From the NCBI GenBank assembly GCA_040753135.1, contig JBFMGR010000001.1:59252-123251 (forward strand): a DNA stretch of 64,000 bases, written 5' to 3'. The notes beneath the pieces were generated by a model. It was not told the DNA's origin. It did no database searches and saw nothing but the letters and a program-made list of their open reading frames with translations. Source of the DNA: Patescibacteria group bacterium. Lineage in GTDB: Bacteria; Patescibacteriota; Minisyncoccia; UBA6257; Brennerbacteraceae. The position numbers and the translations under genes were made by a program. Of this stretch, positions 46,453-55,910 are shown in pieces. How positions within the stretch are numbered: the first letter of the stretch is position 1; the number at the start of each line of letters is the position of its first letter.

Positions 46453-46523
46453 GGGGGCTTGGTGTAGTGGTAACACAACGGTCTCCAAAACCGTTGACGA
46501 GGGTTCGATTCCTTCAGCCCCTG
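46453..46523 (+). tRNA. tRNA-Trp (anticodon CCA).
   Basis: Acceptor GGGGGCT/AGCCCCT, anticodon loop CTCCAAA, T-arm GAGGG-TTCGATT-CCTTC. Confidence 0.75.
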
Positions 46524-46528
46524 CTTTA

Positions 46529-47269
46529 ATGTTTAATAACTTCTCTACCAACCAAGAATTAGTTGGTCATTTGAAATCTATCGGGGTTTTGAAAACTCCT
46601 CTGATTATCTCTGCGTTTGAAAAGATTGACCGGAAAGATTTTGTCCCCAAACAGTTTGAAAATGAAGCTTATGGAGATTATCCTTTGTCAATTGGTCAAG
46701 GTCAGACGATTTCCCAACCCTACACCGTGGCATTTATGCTGGAGTTATTACAACCTCAGCCAGGAGAAAAAATCTTAGATATTGGTGCTGGGTCAGGATG
46801 GACTACCGCTCTTTTGGCTTATATAATAAGCCAACAAGGCAGCACCAATTACCAATTACTCCGCCGGGGGCGGATCCGCGCTTGGCGGACAATTTCCAAA
46901 GAAATCCCAATATCCAATAATCAAAATGAATTAGGCAAGGTTTATGCGATAGAAGTTATTCCAGAATTATGTGAATTTGGAGCGCAAAATTGCAACAAGT
47001 ATAAATTTGTCTCTGATGGGGTAGCTAAGTTTTTTTGCCAGGACGGGAATCTGGGTTTAAAAGATTACGCTCCTTTTGACAAAATTTTAGCCAGCGCCGC
47101 TTTAAGCAAAAAAGAGCTGCCCCAGGCTTGGAAAGACCAGCTGAAGGTTAGGGGCAGGATTGTCTGCCCAATAATGAATAGCATTTTTGTTTTTGATAAA
47201 ATAAAACAAGATAAATGGCAAGAAGAAGAGCATTACGGCTTTAATTTTGTACCGCTGGTGAAGAGGTAA
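46529..47269 (+). CDS. pcm: Protein-L-isoaspartate O-methyltransferase, with an in-frame insertion derived from the ggcggatccgcc repeat.
   Basis: GQTISQPYTVAFMLELL…ILDIGAGSGW methyltransferase motif I. The insertion LRRGRIRAWRTISKE is encoded by 46859–46900. Confidence 0.7.
   Translation: MFNNFSTNQELVGHLKSIGVLKTPLIISAFEKIDRKDFVPKQFENEAYGDYPLSIGQGQTISQPYTVAFMLELLQPQPGEKILDIGAGSGWTTALLAYIISQQGSTNYQLLRRGRIRAWRTISKEIPISNNQNELGKVYAIEVIPELCEFGAQNCNKYKFVSDGVAKFFCQDGNLGLKDYAPFDKILASAALSKKELPQAWKDQLKVRGRIVCPIMNSIFVFDKIKQDKWQEEEHYGFNFVPLVKR
46859..46900. repeat. ggcggatccgcc double-hairpin element, copy 3, lying inside pcm.
   Basis: ctccgccgggggcggatccgcgcttggcggacaatttccaaag. Confidence 0.55.
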
Positions 47270-47371
47270 GAAGTTAAATGGTTTCGCGACCAGTATCGGT
47301 TTAGTCAGACGTTAACATAAAACCATACTGGCAGGGGAAACCAAAACGATTAAGATTAACATTTTAGTCAG

Positions 47372-48475
47372 ATGGAATTATCGTTAACCAAAGAAAGATT
47401 GCAGAGTTTAAGACAGCGTTTAAATAAATGGCAGGAGTGGTTGGATATTGAGAATAAAAAAGCGAGAATTATTGAAATTGAAACCCAATTTTTAGACCCG
47501 AATTTTTGGCAAGACAGAGAAAAAGCCGAAATTTTTTCAAAAGAGTTAGGCAAGCTTAAAACTTTGCTTAAAGAGCTTGAGGATAAACAGAAAGAACTGG
47601 ATGAGCTGGAGATGTTTTTATTTATTGCTGATAAGGAAAATAAAGAAGCCGAGGCTTTGGCAGAGATTCAGCCTCCTTTGGAAAAATTAGAAAAAGAAAT
47701 GGATAAAGAGGAGCTGAAAATGTTTTTGTCCGGCAGATACGATGCCGGTAAAGCCAGCTTAGCAGTTTATGCCGGCGCTGGCGGAGAAGACGCTCAGGAT
47801 TGGGCAAGAATGCTTTGGGAGATGTACCAAAACTACGCTCGGGCGCGAGGTTGGGAATTTATTATTTTAGATGAACACAAAAACGAGCAAGGCGGGATAA
47901 AAAGCGCGGTGGCCGAGATAGTTGGCGATTATGCTTATGGTTATTTAAAAGGTGAAAATGGAGTCCACCGTTTAGTTAGAATTTCGCCGTTTGACGCTGA
48001 TAATCAGAGGCATACTTCTTTTGCTTTAGTTGAGGTCTTGCCGGAGATAGAAGAAAAAGAATATCAGTTGAAAGAAGACGATTTAGAAATAGATTTATTC
48101 CGCTCTTCCGGGCCAGGCGGCCAGAATGTCAATAAAGTAGAAACTGCAGTTAGGATTAAGCATAAACCAACCGGCATTATTGTTTCTTGCCAAAGCGAGC
48201 GAAGCCAGGACAGGAATAAGCAAAAAGCCTTGGGCCTTTTGCGGGCCAAGCTTTATCAATTAGCTGAAACTGAAGCCCGCACAGAAAAAGCCGAGATTAA
48301 AGGCGAGAAAAAGCAGATTGCTTGGGCGAATCAGATCCGGTCTTATGTGCTTCATCCTTATCAGTTGGTTAAAGACCATCGGACCGAAGCAGAAACAACT
48401 CAAGTGGAAAAAGTTTTAGCCGGCGACCTGGATAGATTCATTGAAGCCGAACTAAAAATGAAGTATAATAAATAA
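47372..48475 (+). CDS. prfB: Peptide chain release factor 2; a single uninterrupted ORF with no programmed frameshift.
   Basis: SPF and GGQ motifs; 367 aa. Confidence 0.9.
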   Translation: MELSLTKERLQSLRQRLNKWQEWLDIENKKARIIEIETQFLDPNFWQDREKAEIFSKELGKLKTLLKELEDKQKELDELEMFLFIADKENKEAEALAEIQPPLEKLEKEMDKEELKMFLSGRYDAGKASLAVYAGAGGEDAQDWARMLWEMYQNYARARGWEFIILDEHKNEQGGIKSAVAEIVGDYAYGYLKGENGVHRLVRISPFDADNQRHTSFALVEVLPEIEEKEYQLKEDDLEIDLFRSSGPGGQNVNKVETAVRIKHKPTGIIVSCQSERSQDRNKQKALGLLRAKLYQLAETEARTEKAEIKGEKKQIAWANQIRSYVLHPYQLVKDHRTEAETTQVEKVLAGDLDRFIEAELKMKYNK

Positions 48476-48587
48476 ATGATGCTAATCGGCGAATTTAATG
48501 CTAATCAACGAATATATTAATAAAAGAATTAAGTACTATGATGCTAATATGTGAATGAACACAAATTCTGAATCCTAAGCGCTTAAG

Positions 48588-48620
48588 CCGGGGGCTGTTC
48601 GCCTCTGGCGGAAAATCCTA
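48588..48620. repeat. Degenerate copy 4 of the ggcgg…ggcgg element (gccgggggctgttcgcctctggcggaaaatcc).
   Basis: Partial match to the family consensus. Confidence 0.35.
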
Positions 48621-48746
48621 AATAAATTCAAATGACCAAAATTAAAAATCCAGAACTGTTTAGAATTTAGGCATTGGGATTTTGGAATTATTTAGGGCTT
48701 AGATATTAGAATTTAGAATTTATAGATAAGATTCGTAGATTAGTGT
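48614..48746 (+). repeat. ~135-nt intergenic repeat, copy B, upstream of ftsE.
   Basis: ~88% identity to 40268–40407. Confidence 0.6.
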
Positions 48747-48753
48747 CGCGTTT

Positions 48754-49443
48754 ATGTCGATTATTTCTTTTCAAAACGTTTCCAAAATTTACAACTCCCA
48801 TTCAATTGCGCTGGATAATGTCAGCTTTAGCATTGAAAAAGGCGAGTTTGTTTCTTTGGCGGGCAAATCAGGCGCAGGCAAATCCACTGCGCTTAAGCTT
48901 TTAATTGCCGAAGAAAGCCCGTCCAAAGGAAAGGTTTCATTCAACGAGCAAGATGTTCAAAAACTTTCTTCTAAAGAGCTACCGTTGTTAAGAAGGAGGA
49001 TCGGAATGATTTTTCAGGACTATCGGCTTTTGGCACACAAGACAGCTTATGAGAACATTGCTTATGCGATGGAGGTTGCCGGGATGAGCGATGAAGATAT
49101 CAACCGGGATGTTGAACAAGTGCTGGAGCTGGTGGCTTTGCCCGACCGGGCAAATAACTTTCCTAAAGCTTTGTCCGGCGGCGAAAAACAGCGAATTGCA
49201 ATTGCTCGGGCTTTGGTCCAGCGGCCAGAGTTGATTATTGCTGACGAACCAACCGGGAATTTAGATCCGATCAACACCTGGGAAATTATCAAGCTTTTGG
49301 TTAAAATTAACGAACTGGGAACAACCGTGATTTTAGCCACTCACGATAAAGAAATCGTTGACTCCTTGGAAAAAAGGGTGATTATTTTAGACCGCGGCAA
49401 AATTATTAAAGACGAGCAAAAAGGAAAGTATATTATTACCTAA
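48754..49443 (+). CDS. ftsE: Cell-division ABC transporter ATP-binding protein FtsE.
   Basis: Walker A GKSGAGKST, signature LSGGEKQR, Walker B LIIADEPT. Confidence 0.85.
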   Translation: MSIISFQNVSKIYNSHSIALDNVSFSIEKGEFVSLAGKSGAGKSTALKLLIAEESPSKGKVSFNEQDVQKLSSKELPLLRRRIGMIFQDYRLLAHKTAYENIAYAMEVAGMSDEDINRDVEQVLELVALPDRANNFPKALSGGEKQRIAIARALVQRPELIIADEPTGNLDPINTWEIIKLLVKINELGTTVILATHDKEIVDSLEKRVIILDRGKIIKDEQKGKYIIT

Positions 49444-49467
49444 TTTTCAATTTTCATTGAATTTTCC

Positions 49468-49505
49468 CGTCAGGGGCGGATCCGCCTCTGGCGGGCAATG
49501 ATTCA
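49468..49505. repeat. ggcggatccgcc double-hairpin element, copy 5.
   Basis: ccgtcaggggcggatccgcctctggcgggcaatgattc. Confidence 0.5.
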
Positions 49506-49572
49506 ATCTTTGAAAATTAGGGGATTGATAGCTGATTGGGAATTGTGAATTGGTAATTAGCAATTTTAAACC

Positions 49573-50490
49573 ATGATTTTAGTTTCATTAAAAAGAATAT
49601 TTAAAGCTGGTTGGCAGAGTTTTTCCCGGAATCTTTGGTTGTCAGCCGCGACCATCGGCATTATGGCAGTGACTTTGTTTGTTTTTTCCAATCTGATTTT
49701 ATTTGATTTTTTTACTGACGAGGTGGTCAGAATGATTAGAGATAAAATTGACTTGTCAATCTATTTCAGCGCTAATGTTGACGAAAGCGAGATTTTTAAA
49801 GTTCGGGATATTTTAAAACAGCTGCCCGAAGTGGAGCGGGTTGAGTATATCTCCCGGGAAAAAGCTTTGGAGATATTTTCAGAAAAACACCAAAGTAACG
49901 AAGTGGTCAGGCGGGCATTAGAAGAATTAGGCACCAATCCCTTGCAAGCATCGTTAAATATCAAAGCCAAACAGGGTCAGTCTTATGAACCGATAGTGGC
50001 TTTTGTTGAGGGCGCGCCCTTTAAAGATTCAATCAGTAAGATTAACTTTACTGAAAACAAATTGATTATTGAGCGGCTGAATAAAATCGCCAGCGGTATC
50101 CAAAAGTTTGGCCTGGGAGCGATTATTGTTTTTTCCGGTTTGGCGGTTTTGATTGCTTTTAACTCAATTAGAATGGCGATTTATTCTTTCCGTGAAGAGA
50201 TTAATGTGATGCGTTTGGTTGGCGCTTCGCATTGGTTTATTCGGGGCCCGTTTTTGATTATGGGCTTGGTGATTAGCTTGATTGCTTCTTTGGCGACATT
50301 TTTTGTTATCTGGCTGGCGGTTTTGCTGTTAGCGCCCAAAGTCAATGCTTTTATTCCGGACATCAATTTTCAGGTGTTTTTCAACCAAAATTTTCTAAAG
50401 CTGTTTTTCTGGCAGACTTTTGCCGGCATTGCGATTATGTTTTTGTCAATCTATCTGGCGTTTAACAAATATTTAAAAGAAGAAAAATAA
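49573..50490 (+). CDS. ftsX: Cell-division permease FtsX.
   Basis: N-terminal transmembrane segment, periplasmic domain, three C-terminal transmembrane segments; follows ftsE. Confidence 0.7.
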   Translation: MILVSLKRIFKAGWQSFSRNLWLSAATIGIMAVTLFVFSNLILFDFFTDEVVRMIRDKIDLSIYFSANVDESEIFKVRDILKQLPEVERVEYISREKALEIFSEKHQSNEVVRRALEELGTNPLQASLNIKAKQGQSYEPIVAFVEGAPFKDSISKINFTENKLIIERLNKIASGIQKFGLGAIIVFSGLAVLIAFNSIRMAIYSFREEINVMRLVGASHWFIRGPFLIMGLVISLIASLATFFVIWLAVLLLAPKVNAFIPDINFQVFFNQNFLKLFFWQTFAGIAIMFLSIYLAFNKYLKEEK

Positions 50491-50510
50491 ATTAAAAATA
50501 TTAAAATAAT

Positions 50511-50909
50511 ATGGCATTTTATTCAGCAGAAAAAGATAACGAACTTTTCATAATAGGAGAAGTTAATTGGGGGAATTTTCAACGAATGAGGGCTGAAGCC
50601 GGCTATCTATTAGATGAGCTCCAAAACTTGATAGAAACTTTAAATTTAGAGCCAGAAAGAAAATCGGCTTTGACTTTTCAAGCCGGACAGATCTCTGGCA
50701 TTCTTTTAGTTTTGGGCGCTGAAGATTTGGATATAAAAGAAAATGAGCTTAAAAAATCGATGTTAAAGTCTGCCCGGTTGCTTAAAGATCAGTTTAGAAT
50801 AGCAAAAACAAATCTGCCGGAATCAGAAGCTGTTTTGTCCTGGCTAGACAAAGTGGTTAATTTTGTCAGTCGGCTTGATGACTTTATTGCGGAAAATTCC
50901 GGCGGTTAA
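50511..50909 (+). CDS. Hypothetical protein.
   Basis: 132-aa ORF, no motif. Confidence 0.3.
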   Translation: MAFYSAEKDNELFIIGEVNWGNFQRMRAEAGYLLDELQNLIETLNLEPERKSALTFQAGQISGILLVLGAEDLDIKENELKKSMLKSARLLKDQFRIAKTNLPESEAVLSWLDKVVNFVSRLDDFIAENSGG

Positions 50910-50938
50910 GAAAAATAAATTTTCTTTTTAAAATACTT

Positions 50939-51304
50939 TTAGTCTTGTTTAAGGGCTTCAGCTTTTGTGTCGTGGATTGTCCCCCGAGGATGTTCTGGCG
51001 GGGCATAGATTGAGATAATTTTCATTTCTTCTGAACCGGTGTTGATAATATTGTGTTCGGTGCTATGGGGGATGTATAAAACATCATCTTCTTTGATTTC
51101 AAATTCGCTTTGATTCAAAATTGCTTTACCTCTGCCGTCAGCAAAGATTAAGATCTGGTCAACATCGGCGTGGATTTCTTCGCCGATGTCTTCATTGGGC
51201 AAAAGCGACATCAGAACTATTTGGGCCTTGTTGCTGGTATAAACCTCTTTGCGAAAATAATTATTGTTTTTCGCCTCGTTTAAATTGATTTTAAAGTAAG
51301 CCAT
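50939..51304 (-). CDS. Cupin-domain protein.
   Basis: G(X)5HXH…E…H-type cupin pattern (EIHADVDQILIF…IPHSTEHNIIN). Confidence 0.5.
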   Translation of the reverse strand: MAYFKINLNEAKNNNYFRKEVYTSNKAQIVLMSLLPNEDIGEEIHADVDQILIFADGRGKAILNQSEFEIKEDDVLYIPHSTEHNIINTGSEEMKIISIYAPPEHPRGTIHDTKAEALKQD

Positions 51305-51433
51305 ATTTTTTTAATAATTAATTTTTTGTTATTATAACAGACTTTGATTTTCTATTTTTATCAGTTAAAATAAACTTTGCCTTGTTATTCTTTGGTTGTT
51401 CGTTGTCAGTTGATGGTTGTTAGTTAATTTCAT

Positions 51434-51504
51434 TGCGGGGTCGTCTAAAGGTAGGACGTTTGGTTCTGGCCCAAAAAATTGGGGTTCGAATCCCTGCCCC
51501 GCAG
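51434..51504 (+). tRNA. tRNA-Gln (anticodon CTG), with the U1:A72 pair typical of tRNA-Gln.
   Basis: Acceptor TGCGGGG/CCCCGCA, anticodon loop TTCTGGC, T-loop TTCGAAT. Confidence 0.65.
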
Positions 51505-51595
51505 CACTTCGGCAAGCTTAGCGTAGGTCTCTTCGATTCGCCCAGCGCAAGTGTCATAACTCGCCAGGAGATAATCTTGAATCAAGGATTAAATT

Positions 51596-51630
51596 GACTA
51601 AATTTTTTGAATGTGCTATTCTAATAAATA
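51596..51630 (+). promoter_or_regulatory. Sigma-70-like promoter ttgact-N17-tattct upstream of the HTH gene.
   Basis: −35 and −10 hexamers with a 17-nt spacing, read directly. Confidence 0.4.
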
Positions 51631-51652
51631 GAATTTTAGTTACTTATTATTT

Positions 51653-52738
51653 ATGATTGACCGATTAGTTGAGCAAATTCTTCAGCCGCTGCCGAAAAGA
51701 ACTCAAGAGATTATTTCTAGACGTTTGGGTTTGGAGACTGGCTTTGCTGAAACCCTAGAGGCGATTGGTCAAGATCTAACCATTACTCGGGAAAGAGTCA
51801 GGCAGTTAGAATCAGTCGGGTTTAAGCAAATAAATAATACTTTGGCTCAATCGTCAATTCTTGATGATTTTTTTCAGGCAGTTGAAAATCACTTATCCCA
51901 TTTTCAGGGCCTTCGGGAAGAAAAACGGCTGTTAAAAGAGCTGTCTTATATTTTCAATGACGAAGAGGCCCAGCCATTAAAAATCCGCTTTCTTCTTTTT
52001 TTAGACAAGCGGCTGTTTCATTTTGCCGAAGCGGAAGACCATTCTGCTTTTTGGGTAACAGACAAAAAATTAGCCCAAAAAGTAATCTCTCTTGTTAAAA
52101 AACTCAATCGGGCAATCAGGAGCAAAAGCGCCCCCTTGCCAGCAGAAACCTTTGAGGGTTTTGTCAAGGGAATGGCTAAGGGTTTGGGCTTAGACAAGGT
52201 TCCGGTTGGCATTTTAATGTCTTATGTCAGCTTAAGCCCAAAGATTGCTTTCAGTCCGTTTGGTTATATTGGCACAGAACAGCATCTGGAGATTGCTCCG
52301 CAAAATGTCGGCGAAAAAGCTTATTTGATTTTGAAGTCTGCCGGCCGGCCGATGCATTTCCGCGACTTAACTGAAGCAATGAATCAGCATGCCCAGAATG
52401 CCAGCGGTTTTCACCCGGTTTGGCAAAAGCAGGTTGAAGCCCAGACGGTCCATAATCAGCTGATTAAAGCGGGGAACTTTGTTTTGATTGGTCGGGGGAC
52501 TTATGCATTGAGCGAATGGGGATACAAACCCGGAACAGTCAAACAAGTTTTAGTTGGGATTTTAAGAAAAGCCAAACAGCCGATTTCTTTTGATTTAATT
52601 GTCAAAGAAGTAAAAAAAATCCGTTTGGTTAAAGAATCAACCGTTTTCATTAATCTTCAGGATAAAAAATTATTTAAAAAATTCCCGGGCAAGAAATATG
52701 CCCTTAAGCAGGCAAAACTTAAAGCGGAAGAGGCCTGA
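51653..52738 (+). CDS. DNA-binding protein with an N-terminal sigma-70 region-4-like HTH and a C-terminal HARE-HTH-like domain.
   Basis: N-terminus LPKRTQEIISRRLGLETGFAETLEAIGQDLTITRERVRQLE is sigma region 4. C-terminus NFVLIGRGTYALSEWGY matches the HARE-HTH motif. Confidence 0.5.
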   Translation: MIDRLVEQILQPLPKRTQEIISRRLGLETGFAETLEAIGQDLTITRERVRQLESVGFKQINNTLAQSSILDDFFQAVENHLSHFQGLREEKRLLKELSYIFNDEEAQPLKIRFLLFLDKRLFHFAEAEDHSAFWVTDKKLAQKVISLVKKLNRAIRSKSAPLPAETFEGFVKGMAKGLGLDKVPVGILMSYVSLSPKIAFSPFGYIGTEQHLEIAPQNVGEKAYLILKSAGRPMHFRDLTEAMNQHAQNASGFHPVWQKQVEAQTVHNQLIKAGNFVLIGRGTYALSEWGYKPGTVKQVLVGILRKAKQPISFDLIVKEVKKIRLVKESTVFINLQDKKLFKKFPGKKYALKQAKLKAEEA

Positions 52739-52815
52739 GTCGACAAAGCTTTGTTCAGCCAGACAAAAAACAGGGATTTGCTTAGAAACTTTTTTCGTTT
52801 TAAAATAAAGCAAGT

Positions 52816-54186
52816 ATGGATTCTTTGCTGAATTTTTTGTTTCCCAATGAGTTCTTGCGCGGCTTGGCCGAAGATTTAATTTTGGTTTTATGGGGCGCTT
52901 GGGTTGATTGGTGGTGGCTGGTCTTGCCTCCGGTTTTGTTTTTTGTTGCCCTGGATTACTGGAAGAATTATAAGAAGGAGCAGTTTGTCAGCAAAATTGA
53001 ATGGGTGGTTTTGGAGCTTCGGGTCCCCCAAGATATTGAGGCAACGCCGAAAACAATGGAGCAGGTTTTTAGTTCTTTGGCCGCCACTGCCAGCTCGCCC
53101 GGCTGGAAAGATGAAGCCAAAGAAGGCAAAGTGCCTTTGTGGCTTTCTTTTGAGATGCTCGGGCAGCATAAGCAGGGCGTGTCTTTTTTTGTCAGAATAC
53201 CAAAAGAGTTCCAGCGCTTGGTTGAAACCCAGATTTATTCCCAGTATCCCCAGGCAGAGATTAGCCTGGCAGAAGATTATATTAAGAGATTCAGTTCTTT
53301 GCCGGATAATTATTATGATATCTGGGGGGCCGAGCTGGCTTTAGCCGAAGAAGCAGTTTATCCGATTAAAACTTACCCCTTTTTTGAGGAAGTAAAAGAA
53401 GAGAAACGGTTAGACCCATTAGCGCCATTTCTGGAGATCTTGAGCCATTTAAAAGAGGGAGAAGAGATCTGGCTTCAGATTGTTTTGCGCGGCTTGACCA
53501 AAGACCAGTCAAAGGCTTTAAAAGAAGAGTCTAAAAAATCAATCAATAAACTGATTGGTAAAAAAGAAGAAGAAAAAAAGCCGGGGACTTTTGGTTTTGC
53601 TAAAGGATTGGTTGATGAAACCAAGAATGTGGCGAAAAAATTTGTTGCTGATATTGGCCCAGCTTTGGGCGCTCCGGCTGGCGGCGAAGAAAAAAAAGAG
53701 GAGAAAAAAGAAGACCGGCCGTCCTTAATTCAGTTTTTGACTCCGGGTGAAAAGGAAAAAGTGGAAAAAGCAGAAGAAAAGCTTTCTAAAACAGTTTTTG
53801 AAACAGAGATCAGGGTTGTTTATGTGGCGCCAAAATCTATTTTTGATAAAAAATCCCATAGCAGCGCGGTTAAATCTTATTTCCGAACCTTTAACTTAGC
53901 TCATTTGAACGGCTTTAAAGAAAAAGACGGACCAAAGCATCCATTTTATTTAAAATGGTTTTTTGGCAAAAATCTTGAGTTTCAAGATATTAATAAATTT
54001 TTTAAAGCTTGCGCCGGAAGGGAGATTGGCGGTCCGGAAACAAAAGATATTTTGAAAAAATTAATTCTCAATTCAGAAGAATTAGCTACTCTTTATCATT
54101 TTCCTTTAACTAAAGTTGAGGCGCCGCGGCTCTACCGATTGCAGACGAAAAAATACGAACCGCCGCCAAATCTGCCGGTGATTTAA
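52816..54186 (+). CDS. Hypothetical membrane-anchored protein (456 aa) with a K/E-rich central linker.
   Basis: Trp-rich N-terminal transmembrane region; low-complexity KEEKK tract; no known motif. Confidence 0.35.
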   Translation: MDSLLNFLFPNEFLRGLAEDLILVLWGAWVDWWWLVLPPVLFFVALDYWKNYKKEQFVSKIEWVVLELRVPQDIEATPKTMEQVFSSLAATASSPGWKDEAKEGKVPLWLSFEMLGQHKQGVSFFVRIPKEFQRLVETQIYSQYPQAEISLAEDYIKRFSSLPDNYYDIWGAELALAEEAVYPIKTYPFFEEVKEEKRLDPLAPFLEILSHLKEGEEIWLQIVLRGLTKDQSKALKEESKKSINKLIGKKEEEKKPGTFGFAKGLVDETKNVAKKFVADIGPALGAPAGGEEKKEEKKEDRPSLIQFLTPGEKEKVEKAEEKLSKTVFETEIRVVYVAPKSIFDKKSHSSAVKSYFRTFNLAHLNGFKEKDGPKHPFYLKWFFGKNLEFQDINKFFKACAGREIGGPETKDILKKLILNSEELATLYHFPLTKVEAPRLYRLQTKKYEPPPNLPVI

Positions 54187-54228
54187 GTGAATTATGAATT
54201 ATGAATAGTGAATCTAAAATAATGAATT

Positions 54229-55857
54229 ATGGATAATGGGACAGACAGAATTTTAATTGGCGAGGCCGAGTTCCGGAATAAGCGGACGCCGTTTGGAATT
54301 AAGATTGACGACTTAAGGCGGCATATTTATGCGGTTGGCCTGACCGGCGTGGGCAAGACGACTTTTTTGGAAACAATGGCGCTTTACCATATTCAGCACA
54401 ATAAGGGCGTGGGGATTATTGACCCACACGGAGAGTTTTCTGATCGGCTGATGGATTATATTCCCAAAGAAAGAATTGATGATGTGGTTTATATCAATCC
54501 ATCAGACACCAATTATCCACTGGCTTTTAATGTAATGGAGAGCGTTGATTTTGAGCAGAGGCACTTAGTTGCTTCGAGTTTGTTGTCAGTGTTTAAAAAA
54601 ATCTGGCCTGATGTTTGGTCAGCCCGGATGGAGTATATCTTAAACAATACTTTTTTAGCGCTTTTAGAGTATCCGGACTCAACCCTTTTGGGCATCAGCC
54701 GGATGCTGGCAGATAAGGATTATCGGAAGATGATTGTTTCCAGGCTGATGGATCCGGTGGTCAAAGCCTTCTGGACCCAGGAATTTGCCCGCTACCATGA
54801 CCGGTTTCAAGTTGAAGCAATTGCGCCTTTACAGAATAAAGTTGGCCAATTCACTGCTAATCCTTTAGTGAGAAATATTATCGGCCAGAAAAAGACTAAG
54901 CTTAATTTAAGAGAGATAATTGATACCAGAAAAATTTTGATTGTCCGTCTGCCGGTAGGTTTGGTCGGCGAATCCAATGCCTCGCTTTTAGGCGGTTTGT
55001 TGGTGACCAAACTTCAGCAAGCCGCGATGTCCAGGATTGATATTCCGGAGAACCAGCGGGAAGATTTTTGTTTAGTAATTGACGAGTTTCAGAACTTTGC
55101 CACCGAATCATTTATTAAGATTTTGTCAGAGGCAAGAAAATACCATCTGAATTTGGTGATTGGCCATCAGTATTTAGACCAGATTCCTGAAGAAATCTTG
55201 GCCGCAATTTTGGGCAATGTCGGCACTTATGTTGCTTTTCGGATCGGCCCGGTTGACGCGGAAAAATTAGAACCGCAGTTTTTGCCCCAGATCAACGTTC
55301 ACGAGTTAGTTAATCTGCCGAACCATTATTTTTACATCAAGATGATGATTGACGGCGTGACTTCGCCGCCGTTTTTAGGCACAACTTTACTGCCGCCGCC
55401 TTTGCCGGTTCAAAGTTATAAAGAAGAGATTATCAAGCTCTCTCAATTAAAATACTCTACCCAGAAAGGCTTTATTGAGCAGGAGATTCAAAAATGGCTT
55501 GAGCCGGTTGAGCCGGGAAAAGAAGAAAAATTAGAGCAAGAGCCGGAAGTTTGGGAGCCGGTAATGCTCCATGAAGCAGTTTGTTCCTCCTGCGGCAAAG
55601 ATATTCGCTTGCCTTTTGAGCCGGATCCGAATCGGCCGGTTTATTGCAAAAAATGCCTGAAAAAAGTTAAAAAGCCAGAAGCAGAAAAAAAGCCAGCTAA
55701 AGCCAAAGCGAAAAAGCCGGTTTCGGCAAAGCCAAAAACAGAACCAAAAGCAGAAGAAAAAAAGTCCGGTTTAGGCGAGATGCTGAAAAAAATTATCAGT
55801 TCGCAGAAACCAGAAAAAGAAACAGATTCTCTTGAATCCCAAGAACAAGAATCTTAA
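54229..55857 (+). CDS. VirD4/TraD/TrwB-like P-loop ATPase (type IV secretion system DNA-binding-domain-like) with a C-terminal CxxC…CxxC zinc ribbon and a Lys-rich tail. It has no N-terminal transmembrane segment.
   Basis: Walker A GLTGVGKTT, Walker B LVIDEFQNF, HQYLDQI; C-terminus CSSCGK…RPVYCKKC followed by a KPAKAKAKKP tail. Confidence 0.55.
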   Translation: MDNGTDRILIGEAEFRNKRTPFGIKIDDLRRHIYAVGLTGVGKTTFLETMALYHIQHNKGVGIIDPHGEFSDRLMDYIPKERIDDVVYINPSDTNYPLAFNVMESVDFEQRHLVASSLLSVFKKIWPDVWSARMEYILNNTFLALLEYPDSTLLGISRMLADKDYRKMIVSRLMDPVVKAFWTQEFARYHDRFQVEAIAPLQNKVGQFTANPLVRNIIGQKKTKLNLREIIDTRKILIVRLPVGLVGESNASLLGGLLVTKLQQAAMSRIDIPENQREDFCLVIDEFQNFATESFIKILSEARKYHLNLVIGHQYLDQIPEEILAAILGNVGTYVAFRIGPVDAEKLEPQFLPQINVHELVNLPNHYFYIKMMIDGVTSPPFLGTTLLPPPLPVQSYKEEIIKLSQLKYSTQKGFIEQEIQKWLEPVEPGKEEKLEQEPEVWEPVMLHEAVCSSCGKDIRLPFEPDPNRPVYCKKCLKKVKKPEAEKKPAKAKAKKPVSAKPKTEPKAEEKKSGLGEMLKKIISSQKPEKETDSLESQEQES

Positions 55858-55910
55858 AGTTTGATTATATCTGTTGTTAGCAAAATAAAATTAGTTGTTT
55901 TGCTTTTGCT

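Noticed and set aside
47372-48475. Programmed +1 frameshift site in prfB.
   Set aside because: The RF2 ORF is continuous from an N-terminal coiled-coil region through the SPF and GGQ motifs; there is no in-frame UGA or CUU UGA slippery site.
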